From the IMG/VR virus record IMGVR_UViG_3300025137_000026, positions 1-64,000 of that record: DNA of 64,000 nt, one strand, 5' to 3'. A model generated the notes under the pieces. It made no database searches. It saw only the letters and a list, made by a program, of their open reading frames with translations, and had not been told where the DNA came from. This document shows positions 46,191-56,368 of this stretch, piece by piece. How positions within the stretch are numbered: position 1 is the first letter of the stretch; each line of letters begins with the position of its first letter. Position numbers and translations under genes: made by a program. This stretch comes from a virus.

Positions 46191-48254
46191 ATGCAAATAA
46201 AAGCGGACAGTGGAGGAGGTCATTACGATGGAGTTACTGCATATGAGCCACGAGATATGTTTAAAGACACTTGGGCTGGTAGAACCTTTGGAGGTGATGG
46301 TAATTATAATTTCGCTGAAACCTTAAGTGCCAATCAAAATCTATTTAGGGACTATAATGTACCTAAACAAAACTACATCCTTGATCCTAGTGTGCAGGAG
46401 GGTTTGTTTGGGGAACAGCCGGATACATTTAACTGGCTAGATGGTGTACTTAACAGTGAGGGGGGATATGACTCTAGTTGGTGGGAAAACAACTTTAATA
46501 AAGAAGAAGATTTCATAAATACTGATTTTTTTGACCCTGCACTAGGTTATACTAACGAAGAAGCAGCAATGCTTGAGGACATAACCTCTATTAATCCGAA
46601 CGAGAAGAATTATTTAGATGATTACGGATTAATTAGCTACAATGATGATGGTACAGTCAATGCCCTTGATACAAATGAGGCTATAGCTAAGTTAACTGAA
46701 GCGGCAAACAACACTGATCTGTCTGCATACGAACGTAAGGAAATTTTAGACCTTGCGGGTCAACTTTCAGCCGCTGCGGATGCAGATTTGGACAGATTTG
46801 ACTTAACTACTCCTGATGAATCGTATGGAGTATACGATACTCAATATATTGAGGATTATAGCACTCCTGATTTACCTATTGGCGCATATCCGTATGAAAC
46901 CATGGGAGGTACAGTTTATGCTGATCCTACTTCACCTGAATACATTCCCCAGGGGGCATATGTTGCTGGGCCTAATGGTAAAGTGCCGTTCTTGGGTAGT
47001 ATGGCTAGTAATTACCTTGGTTCTGTTGGTGCTAATGGTTATGTGTCGGATCCTGCTACTAATGGTGGCTATGTTTTTCCCCAGCAGACACAGACAATGG
47101 GACAGGCAATGAATTACCAAACCCCAGAAGGTTTTGTTTCTCAGAATCCCTTGACTGCTGGTGATCTTGCCCGTTCTCCAATGCTAAGTAAAATTGCAGC
47201 AGATAAATACGGAACAAATAGTAGGGGAGAGCCTAATCAGATGATTCCTGGGCAGAGGTACACACCTCAACCTACTATGGCATCTCGTGTTGATGACTTC
47301 ACAGATGGTGTAAGAAATATTGGAGGTATGCTTCTAAAGCCGTTAAACTGGACAACTGACTTGATTGGTGGGGGTCTTAGTTCAGTTGGTCAAATGGTTG
47401 GAGATAACAAAATAGGTAATGGCATTCTGAATTTTGGAAATTTAGTGGATGGCACTGGGGATTATTTATTTGGAGATAGTAACAAAACTAGTTTACTTGG
47501 AAACGTATTGAGTATGCCTGACTCTTTAGCTAGAGTGGGTCAGGGCTTAGCATATGGCGATATGGATATGGCTAAGAGTAGTGCTTTAGGGTTATTGGGC
47601 GCACCACTTAATATATTAGGTAACTTAGCCAGTCCATTAGTTAGTGGTCTTGTGGATGTTGCCGGAATTGATGAACTTAGGTTAAGTGTCGGAGGCAAGG
47701 GTGGATCAGGGAACAGAGGACAAAGAAAAGGTTCTAGTAGTACTAAAGCACGTAAGAGCATACCAATCAGAAACACTGGTAAAATAGATAAAGGCAGTAA
47801 TTCATCGAAATCTAACATACCAACAGGCAAGGGAAGTGGAGGAAGTATCAGTGAGGGTGGCTCACAATATGATTTAACTGAATCAGATGGTAGGGATAGT
47901 TATGCTGAGGAATTTGGTGAGGATGCATTAGCTAGAAGACTAAAAGACTTAAACATAGTCGGAGGTGGTTCTGGATTGGGTCAAAATACACCTGCTTTTA
48001 AATCATCTGATGCTGATAAGAGTAATTTGGTTTCATCCATTGCTCAGAACCAAGGAAATCCAAGTGGTGTAAGAAGAGCTGCTTCACCAAAGGTCTATGA
48101 TCATATAGACACTATTGCTGGTGCCGGCCCGCAAGTTGATCAAGACTCGGCATCTAGTAATGTTGCATTTCAAGGTGAGCGAGAAGATATATTTAAAGAA
48201 CCTGAAGAAACAGCCGAATTTGAGTACAAGAAAGGCGACAAAGCCTTTGCATGA
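46191..48254 (+). CDS. Large low-complexity hypothetical protein (possible virion/ejection protein)
   Basis: 687 aa; acidic N-terminal half, Gly/Leu-rich amphipathic segment, Gly/Ser/Lys tail. Confidence 0.6.
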   Translation: MQIKADSGGGHYDGVTAYEPRDMFKDTWAGRTFGGDGNYNFAETLSANQNLFRDYNVPKQNYILDPSVQEGLFGEQPDTFNWLDGVLNSEGGYDSSWWENNFNKEEDFINTDFFDPALGYTNEEAAMLEDITSINPNEKNYLDDYGLISYNDDGTVNALDTNEAIAKLTEAANNTDLSAYERKEILDLAGQLSAAADADLDRFDLTTPDESYGVYDTQYIEDYSTPDLPIGAYPYETMGGTVYADPTSPEYIPQGAYVAGPNGKVPFLGSMASNYLGSVGANGYVSDPATNGGYVFPQQTQTMGQAMNYQTPEGFVSQNPLTAGDLARSPMLSKIAADKYGTNSRGEPNQMIPGQRYTPQPTMASRVDDFTDGVRNIGGMLLKPLNWTTDLIGGGLSSVGQMVGDNKIGNGILNFGNLVDGTGDYLFGDSNKTSLLGNVLSMPDSLARVGQGLAYGDMDMAKSSALGLLGAPLNILGNLASPLVSGLVDVAGIDELRLSVGGKGGSGNRGQRKGSSSTKARKSIPIRNTGKIDKGSNSSKSNIPTGKGSGGSISEGGSQYDLTESDGRDSYAEEFGEDALARRLKDLNIVGGGSGLGQNTPAFKSSDADKSNLVSSIAQNQGNPSGVRRAASPKVYDHIDTIAGAGPQVDQDSASSNVAFQGEREDIFKEPEETAEFEYKKGDKAFA

Positions 48255-48628
48255 AGCGCATAAAAGAGTTTATTAGGGTGTTTCGTATAGAAAACCCAAG
48301 CCTACTGGCTACTTATCGTATATTTTTAGGTATATCCAAGGTTTTGCCCTATATATCATTCAAATCAGCCGAAGACATCAATGAATGGAAGAGAAGGTTC
48401 AAGATATGCCTTAAATGCCCGATATATGATGCAGAATTAAAAAGATGCCGACCATTTAACGGATCGGGTAGGGGATGTGGGTGCTATGTACCTTTTAGTA
48501 ATATAATTTATGACAAATGCTGGGGAAGAAACTATTATGGAAGACCATTCGGATGGGGAGCTTCGGATAAGCTCAAAAGGATTAAGCGTATTCGTAGAGG
48601 AAGAAGAAATCCAATTCTCGGAAGATAA
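48251..48628 (+). CDS. Cys-rich hypothetical protein
   Basis: R..IC..CP.....C......CGC.........CW zinc-binding pattern. Confidence 0.65.
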   Translation: MKRIKEFIRVFRIENPSLLATYRIFLGISKVLPYISFKSAEDINEWKRRFKICLKCPIYDAELKRCRPFNGSGRGCGCYVPFSNIIYDKCWGRNYYGRPFGWGASDKLKRIKRIRRGRRNPILGR

Positions 48629-48690
48629 ATGGAATAACGCATCAGGAGGTTTTAATACCTTAGAAGAAGCAGTAAGGGAGGCTATGGCTC

Positions 48691-48960
48691 GTGCGAGGAG
48701 TTAAAGCCCCTAGTTACATCCGTGAGTTCAGAGCAGTTCCTGAGGGGGACGGGGTGGCAGTAAAGTACTTCTCTGAGATAATGGGTTATCAAAATATCGG
48801 ATTAAAATTAAGTAAGACTGGCAAATTACCAGATTTTTCAAGAAAGGCCGACAACCAGGGTGACGCTCTAGTATTATTAGGGCAATGGAACAAGTGGCTA
48901 AAGGAAGAGTCCATACATTCATCTGGGACTCGGAAGAAACGTACATCGAGGCAAAGGTAA
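48691..48960 (+). CDS. Hypothetical protein
   Basis: 89-aa GTG-start ORF. Confidence 0.5.
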   Translation: MRGVKAPSYIREFRAVPEGDGVAVKYFSEIMGYQNIGLKLSKTGKLPDFSRKADNQGDALVLLGQWNKWLKEESIHSSGTRKKRTSRQR

Positions 48961-49078
48961 ACGCTGAAACCTTTGACTGGAGAACTTTTTGGTATTTTTA
49001 CGAAATCAGCGTTGAGCATGCTTTAGCAGTCATGCCACAAATAATTAGCGTATTAGATTTACACTATATTGAAGAAGA

Positions 49079-49393
49079 ATGAAAAGAACTCCTCTAAAAA
49101 GAAAGACTCCTATGAAAAGAGTGTCGAAGAAGAGACAGCAGGAATCAAAAGAATACTCGAGACTGCGAAAGAACTTCCTACAGGAATTGCCGTACTGCGA
49201 GGTCTGTGCAAAATCAAAAAGTACAGACATACATCACCGAAAGGGAAGAGGTAAGTATTATCTGGATGTGGAGAGTTGGCTTTCTACGTGCCGAAGTTGC
49301 CACGACCGGATTCACAGGAATCCGATTTGGGCTAGAGAAAAAGGTTTTCTGCTAGAGCCTAGCGACAAGGTAGAAACAAATAGTAAGAGTTAA
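49079..49393 (+). CDS. HNH endonuclease
   Basis: CEVC....DIHH..GRG.......C..CH..IH; MKRTPLKRKTP N-terminus. Confidence 0.85.
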   Translation: MKRTPLKRKTPMKRVSKKRQQESKEYSRLRKNFLQELPYCEVCAKSKSTDIHHRKGRGKYYLDVESWLSTCRSCHDRIHRNPIWAREKGFLLEPSDKVETNSKS

Positions 49394-49412
49394 GACGGTG
49401 ATAACCATTAAG

Positions 49413-49601
49413 TCATAATTCATCGTCTTCACAGTTATTAAACTCTGGTTTTAATTTAACCAGTTCCTCACGAATCTCCTTTGCTTTTCTACGAGCATCG
49501 GTTTCGATGTCCGTGATTAAGCGAAGGTAATTCGCAAGAGCAACAACTCGCTCCTGTATAGTTTCCCCTGGCGCATCAACTGCATAAGTTGCTACGTTCA
49601 T
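49413..49601 (-). CDS. Hypothetical coiled-coil protein
   Basis: 62-aa ORF at the end of the replication operon. Confidence 0.55.
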   Translation of the reverse strand: MNVATYAVDAPGETIQERVVALANYLRLITDIETDARRKAKEIREELVKLKPEFNNCEDDEL

Positions 49602-50085
49602 GATTGGGCATTGGTTTTAACTCTTTGATAGTTAAAGCATAAACCAAAGACCTTAATGTTAGCAAGTTTTTTGGGTTACAAATGTCTTCTTTTTTAGCAA
49701 ACCCACGAAAGATATAATATGGTAGTTTGCCAGTAGCTAAGACATAGGAGTCACATACTTTCTTATCTTCCATTTTATATGGAGGTACAATTAAACGAGC
49801 ATTGTCATAGTCAGATTGCTTAACATCTATTGTTTTACCTTTAATTACGAAGTCGGCAGAGCCGCTCCTCGGATGAACATCCATGGGTGGGTAAAGATTA
49901 TATATCTTTGCAAATGCAAATTCTGCACCAATGCCTTCAATATCCCTCTGGAGAGGGTCTTCTTTAGCTACCAGCTTGTCTGTAACACCCTTGGAGCGGT
50001 TCTGCCTTCGTCTAGCATCACCAAGGTATCTCACGACTTCGCACTCCTCCCTACTGAGATTTACCTTGATTTGACCATTCATCAA
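49576..50085 (-). CDS. PD-(D/E)XK-like phage nuclease
   Basis: G..AEFAFAK...ADF....IDVK...YVL. Confidence 0.6.
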   Translation of the reverse strand: MMNGQIKVNLSREECEVVRYLGDARRRQNRSKGVTDKLVAKEDPLQRDIEGIGAEFAFAKIYNLYPPMDVHPRSGSADFVIKGKTIDVKQSDYDNARLIVPPYKMEDKKVCDSYVLATGKLPYYIFRGFAKKEDICNPKNLLTLRSLVYALTIKELKPMPNHERSNLCS

Positions 50086-50261
50086 CCAATAACGCCATTT
50101 TTCTTAAGCAAGTCCCTCATGAACCGCGAAACACTTTTCCTTTTCCTGTGGGCATAATTAATTAACTCCTTCTTTTGATCCTTCGTCATGCTAATACTTA
50201 GCTGACTGGTCCTGGGGAGTTTTTGACCCTCGCAAAAATCTGTGGATTTGTACCGTGCCAT
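50082..50261 (-). CDS. Ribbon-helix-helix (CopG/Arc-like) protein (59 aa, not in ORF track)
   Basis: QLSISMTKDQKKELINYAHRKRKSVSRFMRDLL. Confidence 0.6.
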   Translation of the reverse strand: MARYKSTDFCEGQKLPRTSQLSISMTKDQKKELINYAHRKRKSVSRFMRDLLKKNGVIG

Positions 50262-50356
50262 CAGCTTGCAAGTAAATAACTAGCTGCCATAACCAAGCCT
50301 AGGCATAACAAAATAAACATCCAATCTTTTGTTACTTCATTCATATTTTATTTTTT

Positions 50357-50566
50357 CTATATACTTTCTGGGAATCGCTTTATACTCCACGCTTCATTTA
50401 GTTCTGATATATCTATTTTAACTATTGGGATGCCACCTAACTCCATTAAGTATTCCCTCGCCTCAGCCTTAGTCTGGAAGAAGGCTTTAGTAACACCCCA
50501 CTCGCTTATCAACTCCCAAGCTCCTCTATTCGGCCCTAAACCTTTCCTGTACTTTATCGTGATCAT
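50357..50566 (-). CDS. Hypothetical protein
   Basis: 69 aa; F.TKAEA motif. Confidence 0.55.
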   Translation of the reverse strand: MITIKYRKGLGPNRGAWELISEWGVTKAFFQTKAEAREYLMELGGIPIVKIDISELNEAWSIKRFPESI

Positions 50567-51096
50567 ATTATAATCTCCTTATCTATATGCTCTTCCGGCA
50601 GTCCATCCTCGGAACAATGATTGTCCTCCTTGGTTGAATAACCTTTTCGTTTTAACTTCCAAACCTCTCCACCTAGCTCATGGATCATTTCTGCTTCATT
50701 CTTGAATCGAATATCATCAATGATTACTCGTGCGTCTACTAGTCCAGTAGCTTCGTAAGCCTTGAGCCTTCTGTTTGCTTCAACCTTGGCAATGTTAACC
50801 CAAATTAATGGGTGACACTCCCTTCCAAACTCAGTCCCAAGTCGTTGCATTAATACTCTCGATGTAATTCCATCAGGAAACCCAGGTATCTGCTTTTCCT
50901 TTTCCTCGTAGATGTAAATTCTAGGAACTATGAGTTCAAGCATCTGCTTGATTGGCGTTGCTAAACTTAGAATTTCTCCCCCAATTTGTTGGGCAAAGGT
51001 GGTCTTGCCCATGCCCTTAGGTGCTGTAAGCCCAATCAATCTTGGGAAGGCAAATTCTGGCGAATTAATGTCTTCACTGTACGTAAGTGTCTGCAT
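50563..51096 (-). CDS. Deoxynucleoside monophosphate kinase
   Basis: IGLTAPKGMGKTT, A.PIK, R.LMQ.LGTE.GR, IIDDIRF.NE, H.SE. Confidence 0.9.
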   Translation of the reverse strand: MQTLTYSEDINSPEFAFPRLIGLTAPKGMGKTTFAQQIGGEILSLATPIKQMLELIVPRIYIYEEKEKQIPGFPDGITSRVLMQRLGTEFGRECHPLIWVNIAKVEANRRLKAYEATGLVDARVIIDDIRFKNEAEMIHELGGEVWKLKRKGYSTKEDNHCSEDGLPEEHIDKEIII

Positions 51097-51278
51097 TGTT
51101 TTAATGGTTTTTTTCCTTTTTTTAATTGTGGCCCCATCTTAAAGGTAAAGTATTCACATGAGCATTCCCCATAGCCGTCATACTCGTCTAAATCGACAAG
51201 GTGGACATTCTCAGGATTCGATAAACTAGTTAGCAAAAATCTTTTTGCCTCTAGGTATTGAATCTCGAATTTCTTCAC
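51036..51278 (-). CDS. SWIM zinc-finger protein
   Basis: CSC..F...CRHL. Confidence 0.75.
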   Translation of the reverse strand: MKKFEIQYLEAKRFLLTSLSNPENVHLVDLDEYDGYGECSCEYFTFKMGPQLKKGKKPLKQCRHLRTVKTLIRQNLPSQD

Positions 51279-51604
51279 AGGGAATATTCATGCTTCCATA
51301 CATTTGGTCTTTCTCTAGGAATGCCAGTGCCTATCCGTTTTCCGTCTTCTGTGAACCCACACACTTGATCTTTTCTCCAGAATCTCTCAAACCCTTCCTC
51401 AACTGCAATTTTTAAGCTAGCCATCTCATCTTTCCAAGGGTTGTAATCAAGCTGGGAGAGGAGAAAATCGTCTCCTCCCCCATGCTCAAGTGAATATTCT
51501 TTCCTATCGTCTTTCAACAATCTGTTGAAGGCTTGCTGGCTGGGATCGGAGTTAGAATTATTCCGACTCACCACCTTGAGCCTGAAGCTTTTGCTTAAGC
51601 TCAA
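51275..51604 (-). CDS. Hypothetical protein
   Basis: 109-aa ORF in operon. Confidence 0.5.
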   Translation of the reverse strand: MSLSKSFRLKVVSRNNSNSDPSQQAFNRLLKDDRKEYSLEHGGGDDFLLSQLDYNPWKDEMASLKIAVEEGFERFWRKDQVCGFTEDGKRIGTGIPRERPNVWKHEYSL

Positions 51605-51794
51605 GATTCTCGAGGCGGAGAGCTATAGTCTCTACCCTTTCCAGTATTTGCTCCATTCGTTGTATGCCCTCTTGGCGAGACATTGCGTTATTGGCAACTA
51701 CGTTGATCTTTTCTTCAGCGCTCATTGCTTCCCATTTTGCTTTAGCTTCATCCTCTTCAGGATTAGCTACTTCTTCTTTTTTTTCTTCGCTCAT
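51558..51794 (-). CDS. Hypothetical coiled-coil protein
   Basis: 78-aa ORF with ATGA overlap. Confidence 0.6.
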   Translation of the reverse strand: MSEEKKEEVANPEEDEAKAKWEAMSAEEKINVVANNAMSRQEGIQRMEQILERVETIALRLENLELKQKLQAQGGESE

Positions 51795-51991
51795 ATAGTT
51801 TGTGCGTTTTTTATCAGTTGGTAAACTTTTGACATCGGCATTGTAACCTTGGCTTTCGCAGTTCGACCCTTCGGCTTAAATTCAATCTCATTAGTTTCAG
51901 AGTTTAATGTGACAATCAGGAGACGCCCGTTTCCGTCATCAACGGACGTCTCCCTGCAAATGTTCTTCAGTAACTTAGTTGCCATTACCAA
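51791..51991 (-). CDS. Hypothetical protein
   Basis: MATKL...RET......LIVTL.....FKPKGR. Confidence 0.6.
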   Translation of the reverse strand: MVMATKLLKNICRETSVDDGNGRLLIVTLNSETNEIEFKPKGRTAKAKVTMPMSKVYQLIKNAQTI

Positions 51992-52416
51992 GGTACATCG
52001 TCGCCAGCAGGATCCTCTACCTTATCGGCAGTCTGAGGCTTACGAGCTTTGGGTTCAGAACGCTGATCAGTTCCTTCGGAACTGATCTCACCTTTAGAGG
52101 TGCTGCCAGATTGAAAACCGAAAGTCATCGGAATGACAATGAACTTAATCTTTTTCTGGGTTTTTCCGTTCTTGTCCTCGTAATGGCTATTGCGAACTTG
52201 TGCGTCGAGGAAAACAGCATCTCCTTTTTTTGCAAACTTGGAAATGTATTCTCCTGCTCCGCGCCAAGCTTCAAAGTCAAAGAAGTGAGCAATTTTCTCA
52301 CCACCTTTCCCTGGGAGATTAACTGCTAAGCTAAATGTCGTGAGAGTAGTCTCACCTATCGTTTTTGTTTCAGGATCAGCCGTGAGGCGTCCTAACCAAT
52401 TTGAATCTGCTTTCAT
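51985..52416 (-). CDS. ssb: Single-stranded DNA-binding protein (start MKADSNW)
   Basis: GRLTADPE, FSLAVN, AW...E...KKGD.V, acidic tail DDVPW. Confidence 0.92.
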   Translation of the reverse strand: MKADSNWLGRLTADPETKTIGETTLTTFSLAVNLPGKGGEKIAHFFDFEAWRGAGEYISKFAKKGDAVFLDAQVRNSHYEDKNGKTQKKIKFIVIPMTFGFQSGSTSKGEISSEGTDQRSEPKARKPQTADKVEDPAGDDVPW

Positions 52417-53681
52417 GATAATACTGGGCGTGGTGTGAATTTTTGTATCTTTGGTTTGAAGCAAACTTCCACGTCACCACATCGTCCGTTTCGTTGCTTA
52501 CTTATTGAAATTATTGTTTCGTCAGGATCATCGTTCTTTCTCCATAGAAGGGCGCATAAGTCGGCATCTTGTTCCAATGCACCTGACTCCCTCATATCGG
52601 AAAGACGAGGCTTTCTGTTTAATTCATCTGCCCCTCGGTTTAGCTGACTGAGAAGGATGACTGGAATATTTAATTCCATCGCCAAATTCTTCATGGACCC
52701 TGCGATTTCTGCTACTTGTTGCTCCCTTGGAATCCGTGGGTCTAAAGCAGACATCTTTTGGGCATAATCGACAACGATCATATCTAAGCCTTTTCGCGCA
52801 AATTTCCTAGATTTAGCTCTGACTTGGGCTGAATTAATCATTCCTCGATCATCAATCCAAAAATCTTTACCGCGCATCCAGTGCATTGCTTGCCTGTATG
52901 CATCAACATCCTTTTGGACGGCTGTTTTATCTACTATATAGCCAAGTGGAACTTCGGAGAGATTTGAAACTAGTCTTTGCATCACTGCTTCGGCTTTCAT
53001 TTCTAGGCTGAAAAAGAGGACTTTATTCCCAGTCTTCAATGCATTTAATGCTAACTCACATCCGAAAGCTGTTTTTCCTACTGAGGTTCTAGCTGCTAGA
53101 ACGATAAGGTCTGCTGGTTGCCATCCATTGGTCATCTGGTCGATTCGATGTAACCCTGAAGGTATTCCATTCATTCCACCGCACTCCATCCTTTTTTGAA
53201 TGTCTGCCCACATAGAGTCTATTACCTCATCGGCTTTACGGACTGCATCGGAATTTTCTACTGCAATGGATGTTAGCTCCTTATCAGCCTTCTCCATGAT
53301 TCTCTTTGCTGACTCGTTTTCTCGCAAGGCGTCCTCGATGCCTAATCCAACGAGCCGGAGCTTTCTTTTGTAAAAATCTTCCCTAATTTTCTCGAAGAAA
53401 GAATTATAAGGAGCAGAAGTTTCGCAGGCCTCAGCAATATATTTTGATCTGTCTCTGTCCTCCTGATCATCAAACGACAGCATTATATCAATGTCCATCA
53501 TGTCTGACGGCTCTTCCACAGCTAAAATAGCTTCCCAAAATTTCTGATGGAAAGGTTCAGTAAACCAATCTTTGTTAACCCCAGCGTCCAGGGCATCCGA
53601 AAAATTATTTACATTTTTGCAGACGCAGGATAAAAATCCGCGCTCTGAGGTTACATCACTATTGGTTGTCAGCAAATTCAT
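52413..53681 (-). CDS. dnaB: Replicative DNA helicase
   Basis: LAARTSVGKT, FSLEM, VVDYAQ, LSQLNR, SDMRESGALEQDAD, KQRNG. Confidence 0.95.
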   Translation of the reverse strand: MNLLTTNSDVTSERGFLSCVCKNVNNFSDALDAGVNKDWFTEPFHQKFWEAILAVEEPSDMMDIDIMLSFDDQEDRDRSKYIAEACETSAPYNSFFEKIREDFYKRKLRLVGLGIEDALRENESAKRIMEKADKELTSIAVENSDAVRKADEVIDSMWADIQKRMECGGMNGIPSGLHRIDQMTNGWQPADLIVLAARTSVGKTAFGCELALNALKTGNKVLFFSLEMKAEAVMQRLVSNLSEVPLGYIVDKTAVQKDVDAYRQAMHWMRGKDFWIDDRGMINSAQVRAKSRKFARKGLDMIVVDYAQKMSALDPRIPREQQVAEIAGSMKNLAMELNIPVILLSQLNRGADELNRKPRLSDMRESGALEQDADLCALLWRKNDDPDETIISISKQRNGRCGDVEVCFKPKIQKFTPRPVLS

Positions 53682-54198
53682 CTATGTAAAGTTGGTCTAT
53701 GTCACTAATTGACTTGGCGCTTCTGTATTTATCGAAAACAGGTGGACGCTTATCCTCTGCCCATTCTAGAAATTCATTAAGTGAGACGGTTTCCTTTTTC
53801 GTGGAAGGAACAGGACGCCACTCGGGGTTATTTCTAAGCCAAATAGTTAGGCATGAACCCCAGTGCTTCACAGGGGATTTTCCTACCACCCACCCTTTAC
53901 TCATGTAATGGTCATAAAATAACTCAGCTTTTGGCTCTAAAGGCTCAGCCACCTGACGCTGTTTGAAGTATTCCACTACCTCTTTCTTATCCTTTGGCTT
54001 ATTCCCTTCACCTAGGCTGTCCACATTCTTAGAGCGTCTTTTGCGAGTGGTTGCAGGTTTTGATTTAGGCTGAATGTTTGGCATGTACTGGGCAAAGGCG
54101 GCTAATAATACTTGTGTCCTTTCCATGCCAAACATCTCAGCCATCATGTCCAACCGAACATCAACCGTATCCGTAATTCTAACTTCCATCCGCTTCAT
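53659..54198 (-). CDS. Putative replication initiator/helicase loader with RHH-like N-terminus
   Basis: Directly upstream of dnaB; P....V.EYF...AE.FYDHY...GW.VGK.P.K.W; N-terminal MEVRITDTVDVRLDMMAEMFGMERTQVL. Confidence 0.65.
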   Translation of the reverse strand: MKRMEVRITDTVDVRLDMMAEMFGMERTQVLLAAFAQYMPNIQPKSKPATTRKRRSKNVDSLGEGNKPKDKKEVVEYFKQRQVAEPLEPKAELFYDHYMSKGWVVGKSPVKHWGSCLTIWLRNNPEWRPVPSTKKETVSLNEFLEWAEDKRPPVFDKYRSAKSISDIDQLYIDEFADNQ

Positions 54199-54613
54199 CA
54201 ATTTCCTCCAAATGAACATAAATACCTGCTGACTCTGCTCGCCTTTTAGTAAACCTTAATACCACAACTTGAGCGTCATCATTCCAAAAGAGGAGCTTCC
54301 CCATAGCGTCTAGAAACATTTTGCACAAATTATCTGCATCAGGTTTCTTCGAATGGTATGCCCATCCCCTTATCTTTATTTCCTTTTTTTCATTAGAGAG
54401 AAAAGGGAAGCTGTAATGTATCGTAAGCCTAAGAGGCCCCTCGCAAGGTTTCTCAGGGACAAACGGCATAAGCAGTGACAAAAAGTCGGCTTCTTGCTGT
54501 TTTCCTTTGGCTGTAGTGAATGAAAATGGCTTTCCATCTTTTTTAACTCCTACTCTTTTTGCCGACTGAGCAGTACTCCGCGGCGGGTTACATTTTACGA
54601 AAAAGGCTTTCAT
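54179..54613 (-). CDS. rusA: RusA-family Holliday junction resolvase
   Basis: KKPDADNLCKMFLDAM....WNDDAQV. Confidence 0.9.
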   Translation of the reverse strand: MKAFFVKCNPPRSTAQSAKRVGVKKDGKPFSFTTAKGKQQEADFLSLLMPFVPEKPCEGPLRLTIHYSFPFLSNEKKEIKIRGWAYHSKKPDADNLCKMFLDAMGKLLFWNDDAQVVVLRFTKRRAESAGIYVHLEEIDEADGS

Positions 54614-55692
54614 TCTGCTGAAACGGACTTAGCCTTATCCTTTTGAAACATTACTTGCTCTAGCTTCTGACGAAGGTCTTTTCGGGCATCACCTTTTTTC
54701 TGACCAGTGTATTCTGACCAAATGGTAACTAAGTCCGGCTCCGATATTTTCGTAGCTTTAATAAAGTCCTCGATAGGAAGATTTGCGCTGAAAAGAATTT
54801 TTGATGCCCCCACTGCATCAAACGACGTAGTTTTTCCAGTATTACGCAACCTGTACCCAGGAACATCAACACCAGCCTCAAGACGCCCCTTAAGGGCAGA
54901 TTTAACACTCTTGCCAAAACGCTCAATAAGCCCGACAAGCCCCATCTTTTCAGACAATTCTTCATTTGAAATATTTTCCATATCAATCTCTTTGGTTTCA
55001 TTTTTTAAGTATTCGTAGGCAGTTTGGCAGTGTGCCAATGCCTTGCAGTATTTACATTGTTTCGGGCCGGCAGTAGCTTTGGCATCTTCATCCTCAACTT
55101 TTTCTGCTAGCTCCTGAATTAACTTTTTAAGCATTAAGCCTAAGTCTCGGTGCATAACACCTGTGGTCATCTTGCCCAAAGCAGGTTGTAGTAATGCTAA
55201 TTGAATTACTTGCACCTCGGGGTAATTCTCGAAGATTAGAGTAGCATATACTTGTAGCTGTTTGTTTTTGTGAGCTGGTTCATAAGCACCATACAGCATT
55301 TTGTAGTCAATGATGGAGGCATTCTCTCCGTCAATTTCTAACCGATCAATCTGACCAGAGAGAATGCCATCCTCACCTTTCTCGTCATATAACCATAAAC
55401 GAGGCTCTCTACTAACTACACCACACAACCCAAATTTCTTGGTTACACTTTCTTCCATTCTACGGCACTCTCTAATGATGAACTGATCGCTAGGATCAGG
55501 GATTTCATCAATGTCAGTTCCGTTTTCCATATGCTCATGAAGCATTGTCCCCGTCGTAGCATCAGATGTGTCATAGTCTTTAAATTTCTTACTAGCATTA
55601 AAGCGAGCTAGGCAAAGCATGTTCTCAAAAACAGAACTTCCCGACATCTTGGGAGTTCCCTTCCATGCTCTCTCGTCCTTAGTTATTGCCAT
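54610..55692 (-). CDS. Cas4-like/DUF2800 PD-(D/E)XK exonuclease
   Basis: GT.LH..ME, GQIDRL, IIDYK, QL.VYA, CKYC.....C. Confidence 0.8.
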   Translation of the reverse strand: MAITKDERAWKGTPKMSGSSVFENMLCLARFNASKKFKDYDTSDATTGTMLHEHMENGTDIDEIPDPSDQFIIRECRRMEESVTKKFGLCGVVSREPRLWLYDEKGEDGILSGQIDRLEIDGENASIIDYKMLYGAYEPAHKNKQLQVYATLIFENYPEVQVIQLALLQPALGKMTTGVMHRDLGLMLKKLIQELAEKVEDEDAKATAGPKQCKYCKALAHCQTAYEYLKNETKEIDMENISNEELSEKMGLVGLIERFGKSVKSALKGRLEAGVDVPGYRLRNTGKTTSFDAVGASKILFSANLPIEDFIKATKISEPDLVTIWSEYTGQKKGDARKDLRQKLEQVMFQKDKAKSVSAE

Positions 55693-56156
55693 CCTGTAAG
55701 CTCTGCTTTCTTTTCGGAAGTAAGATTCTTAGGTAATGCCCACGAGGGAAGGGTAGGAGGGTTCTCGATTTGGCGATACTTATTCATTTCTACCCACTTC
55801 ACAGGTAAATAATAAAGGTATCTTCCGATTCCCCATCGTACAGCTGCTCTTTTCAATGCATCACTTATTCCGCCCTTTGCACCTTCAATTGCAGAATCTC
55901 CTGCACCATCTGCTTTCCCTATCCATTCACCATCGATGCGAATATATAAAGTGCAAATTAATCTTCCTGAAGAAAATTCCTCGTATGAATCTTTCCAATT
56001 CTCAGGGCCAACTGCTTCATCGAGACGTTTCATAACATCTCTGGCATCAACGTAAGCTAATGCTATGCATTTTGTTTTATCCTTGTTGGTCGATCCTGGA
56101 CGCCAATGAATGACGTTGGCCGCAAAAGGTTCTTTAAATTGCTTTTCTAAACACAT
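55683..56156 (-). CDS. Rad52/Sak-family single-strand annealing protein
   Basis: LAYVDARDVMKRLD..VG..NW, KGGISDALKRAAV.WGIGRYLY. Confidence 0.9.
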   Translation of the reverse strand: MCLEKQFKEPFAANVIHWRPGSTNKDKTKCIALAYVDARDVMKRLDEAVGPENWKDSYEEFSSGRLICTLYIRIDGEWIGKADGAGDSAIEGAKGGISDALKRAAVRWGIGRYLYYLPVKWVEMNKYRQIENPPTLPSWALPKNLTSEKKAELTGWQ

Positions 56157-56368
56157 TAGCTGATTTCCTCCATAATGGTTAATGCCTCAACTTCAGATTT
56201 GAGGACGCGTTTATTTCGGCTGTATGGAGTGCGAAAACTTTTCAACTTTTTCTTACGAATCAATTCATTAATTGATCGGAAGGAGTCGAATTTTAAGACC
56301 ATAGCAGCTTCGCTAAGGCTTAATGTTTCGTCCAATCTTATTTTTTTATCACCACTTTTTTCACTCAT
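56156..56368 (-). CDS. Excisionase/MerR-like HTH protein (start MSEKSG)
   Basis: LSLSEAA.VL.....INELIRKKKLKSFR......RV.KSEV. Confidence 0.75.
   Translation of the reverse strand: MSEKSGDKKIRLDETLSLSEAAMVLKFDSFRSINELIRKKKLKSFRTPYSRNKRVLKSEVEALTIMEEIS

Noticed and set aside
54610-55692. Cas4 as part of a CRISPR system
   Set aside because: Sits between Sak and RusA as the usual phage recombination exonuclease; no array or other cas genes
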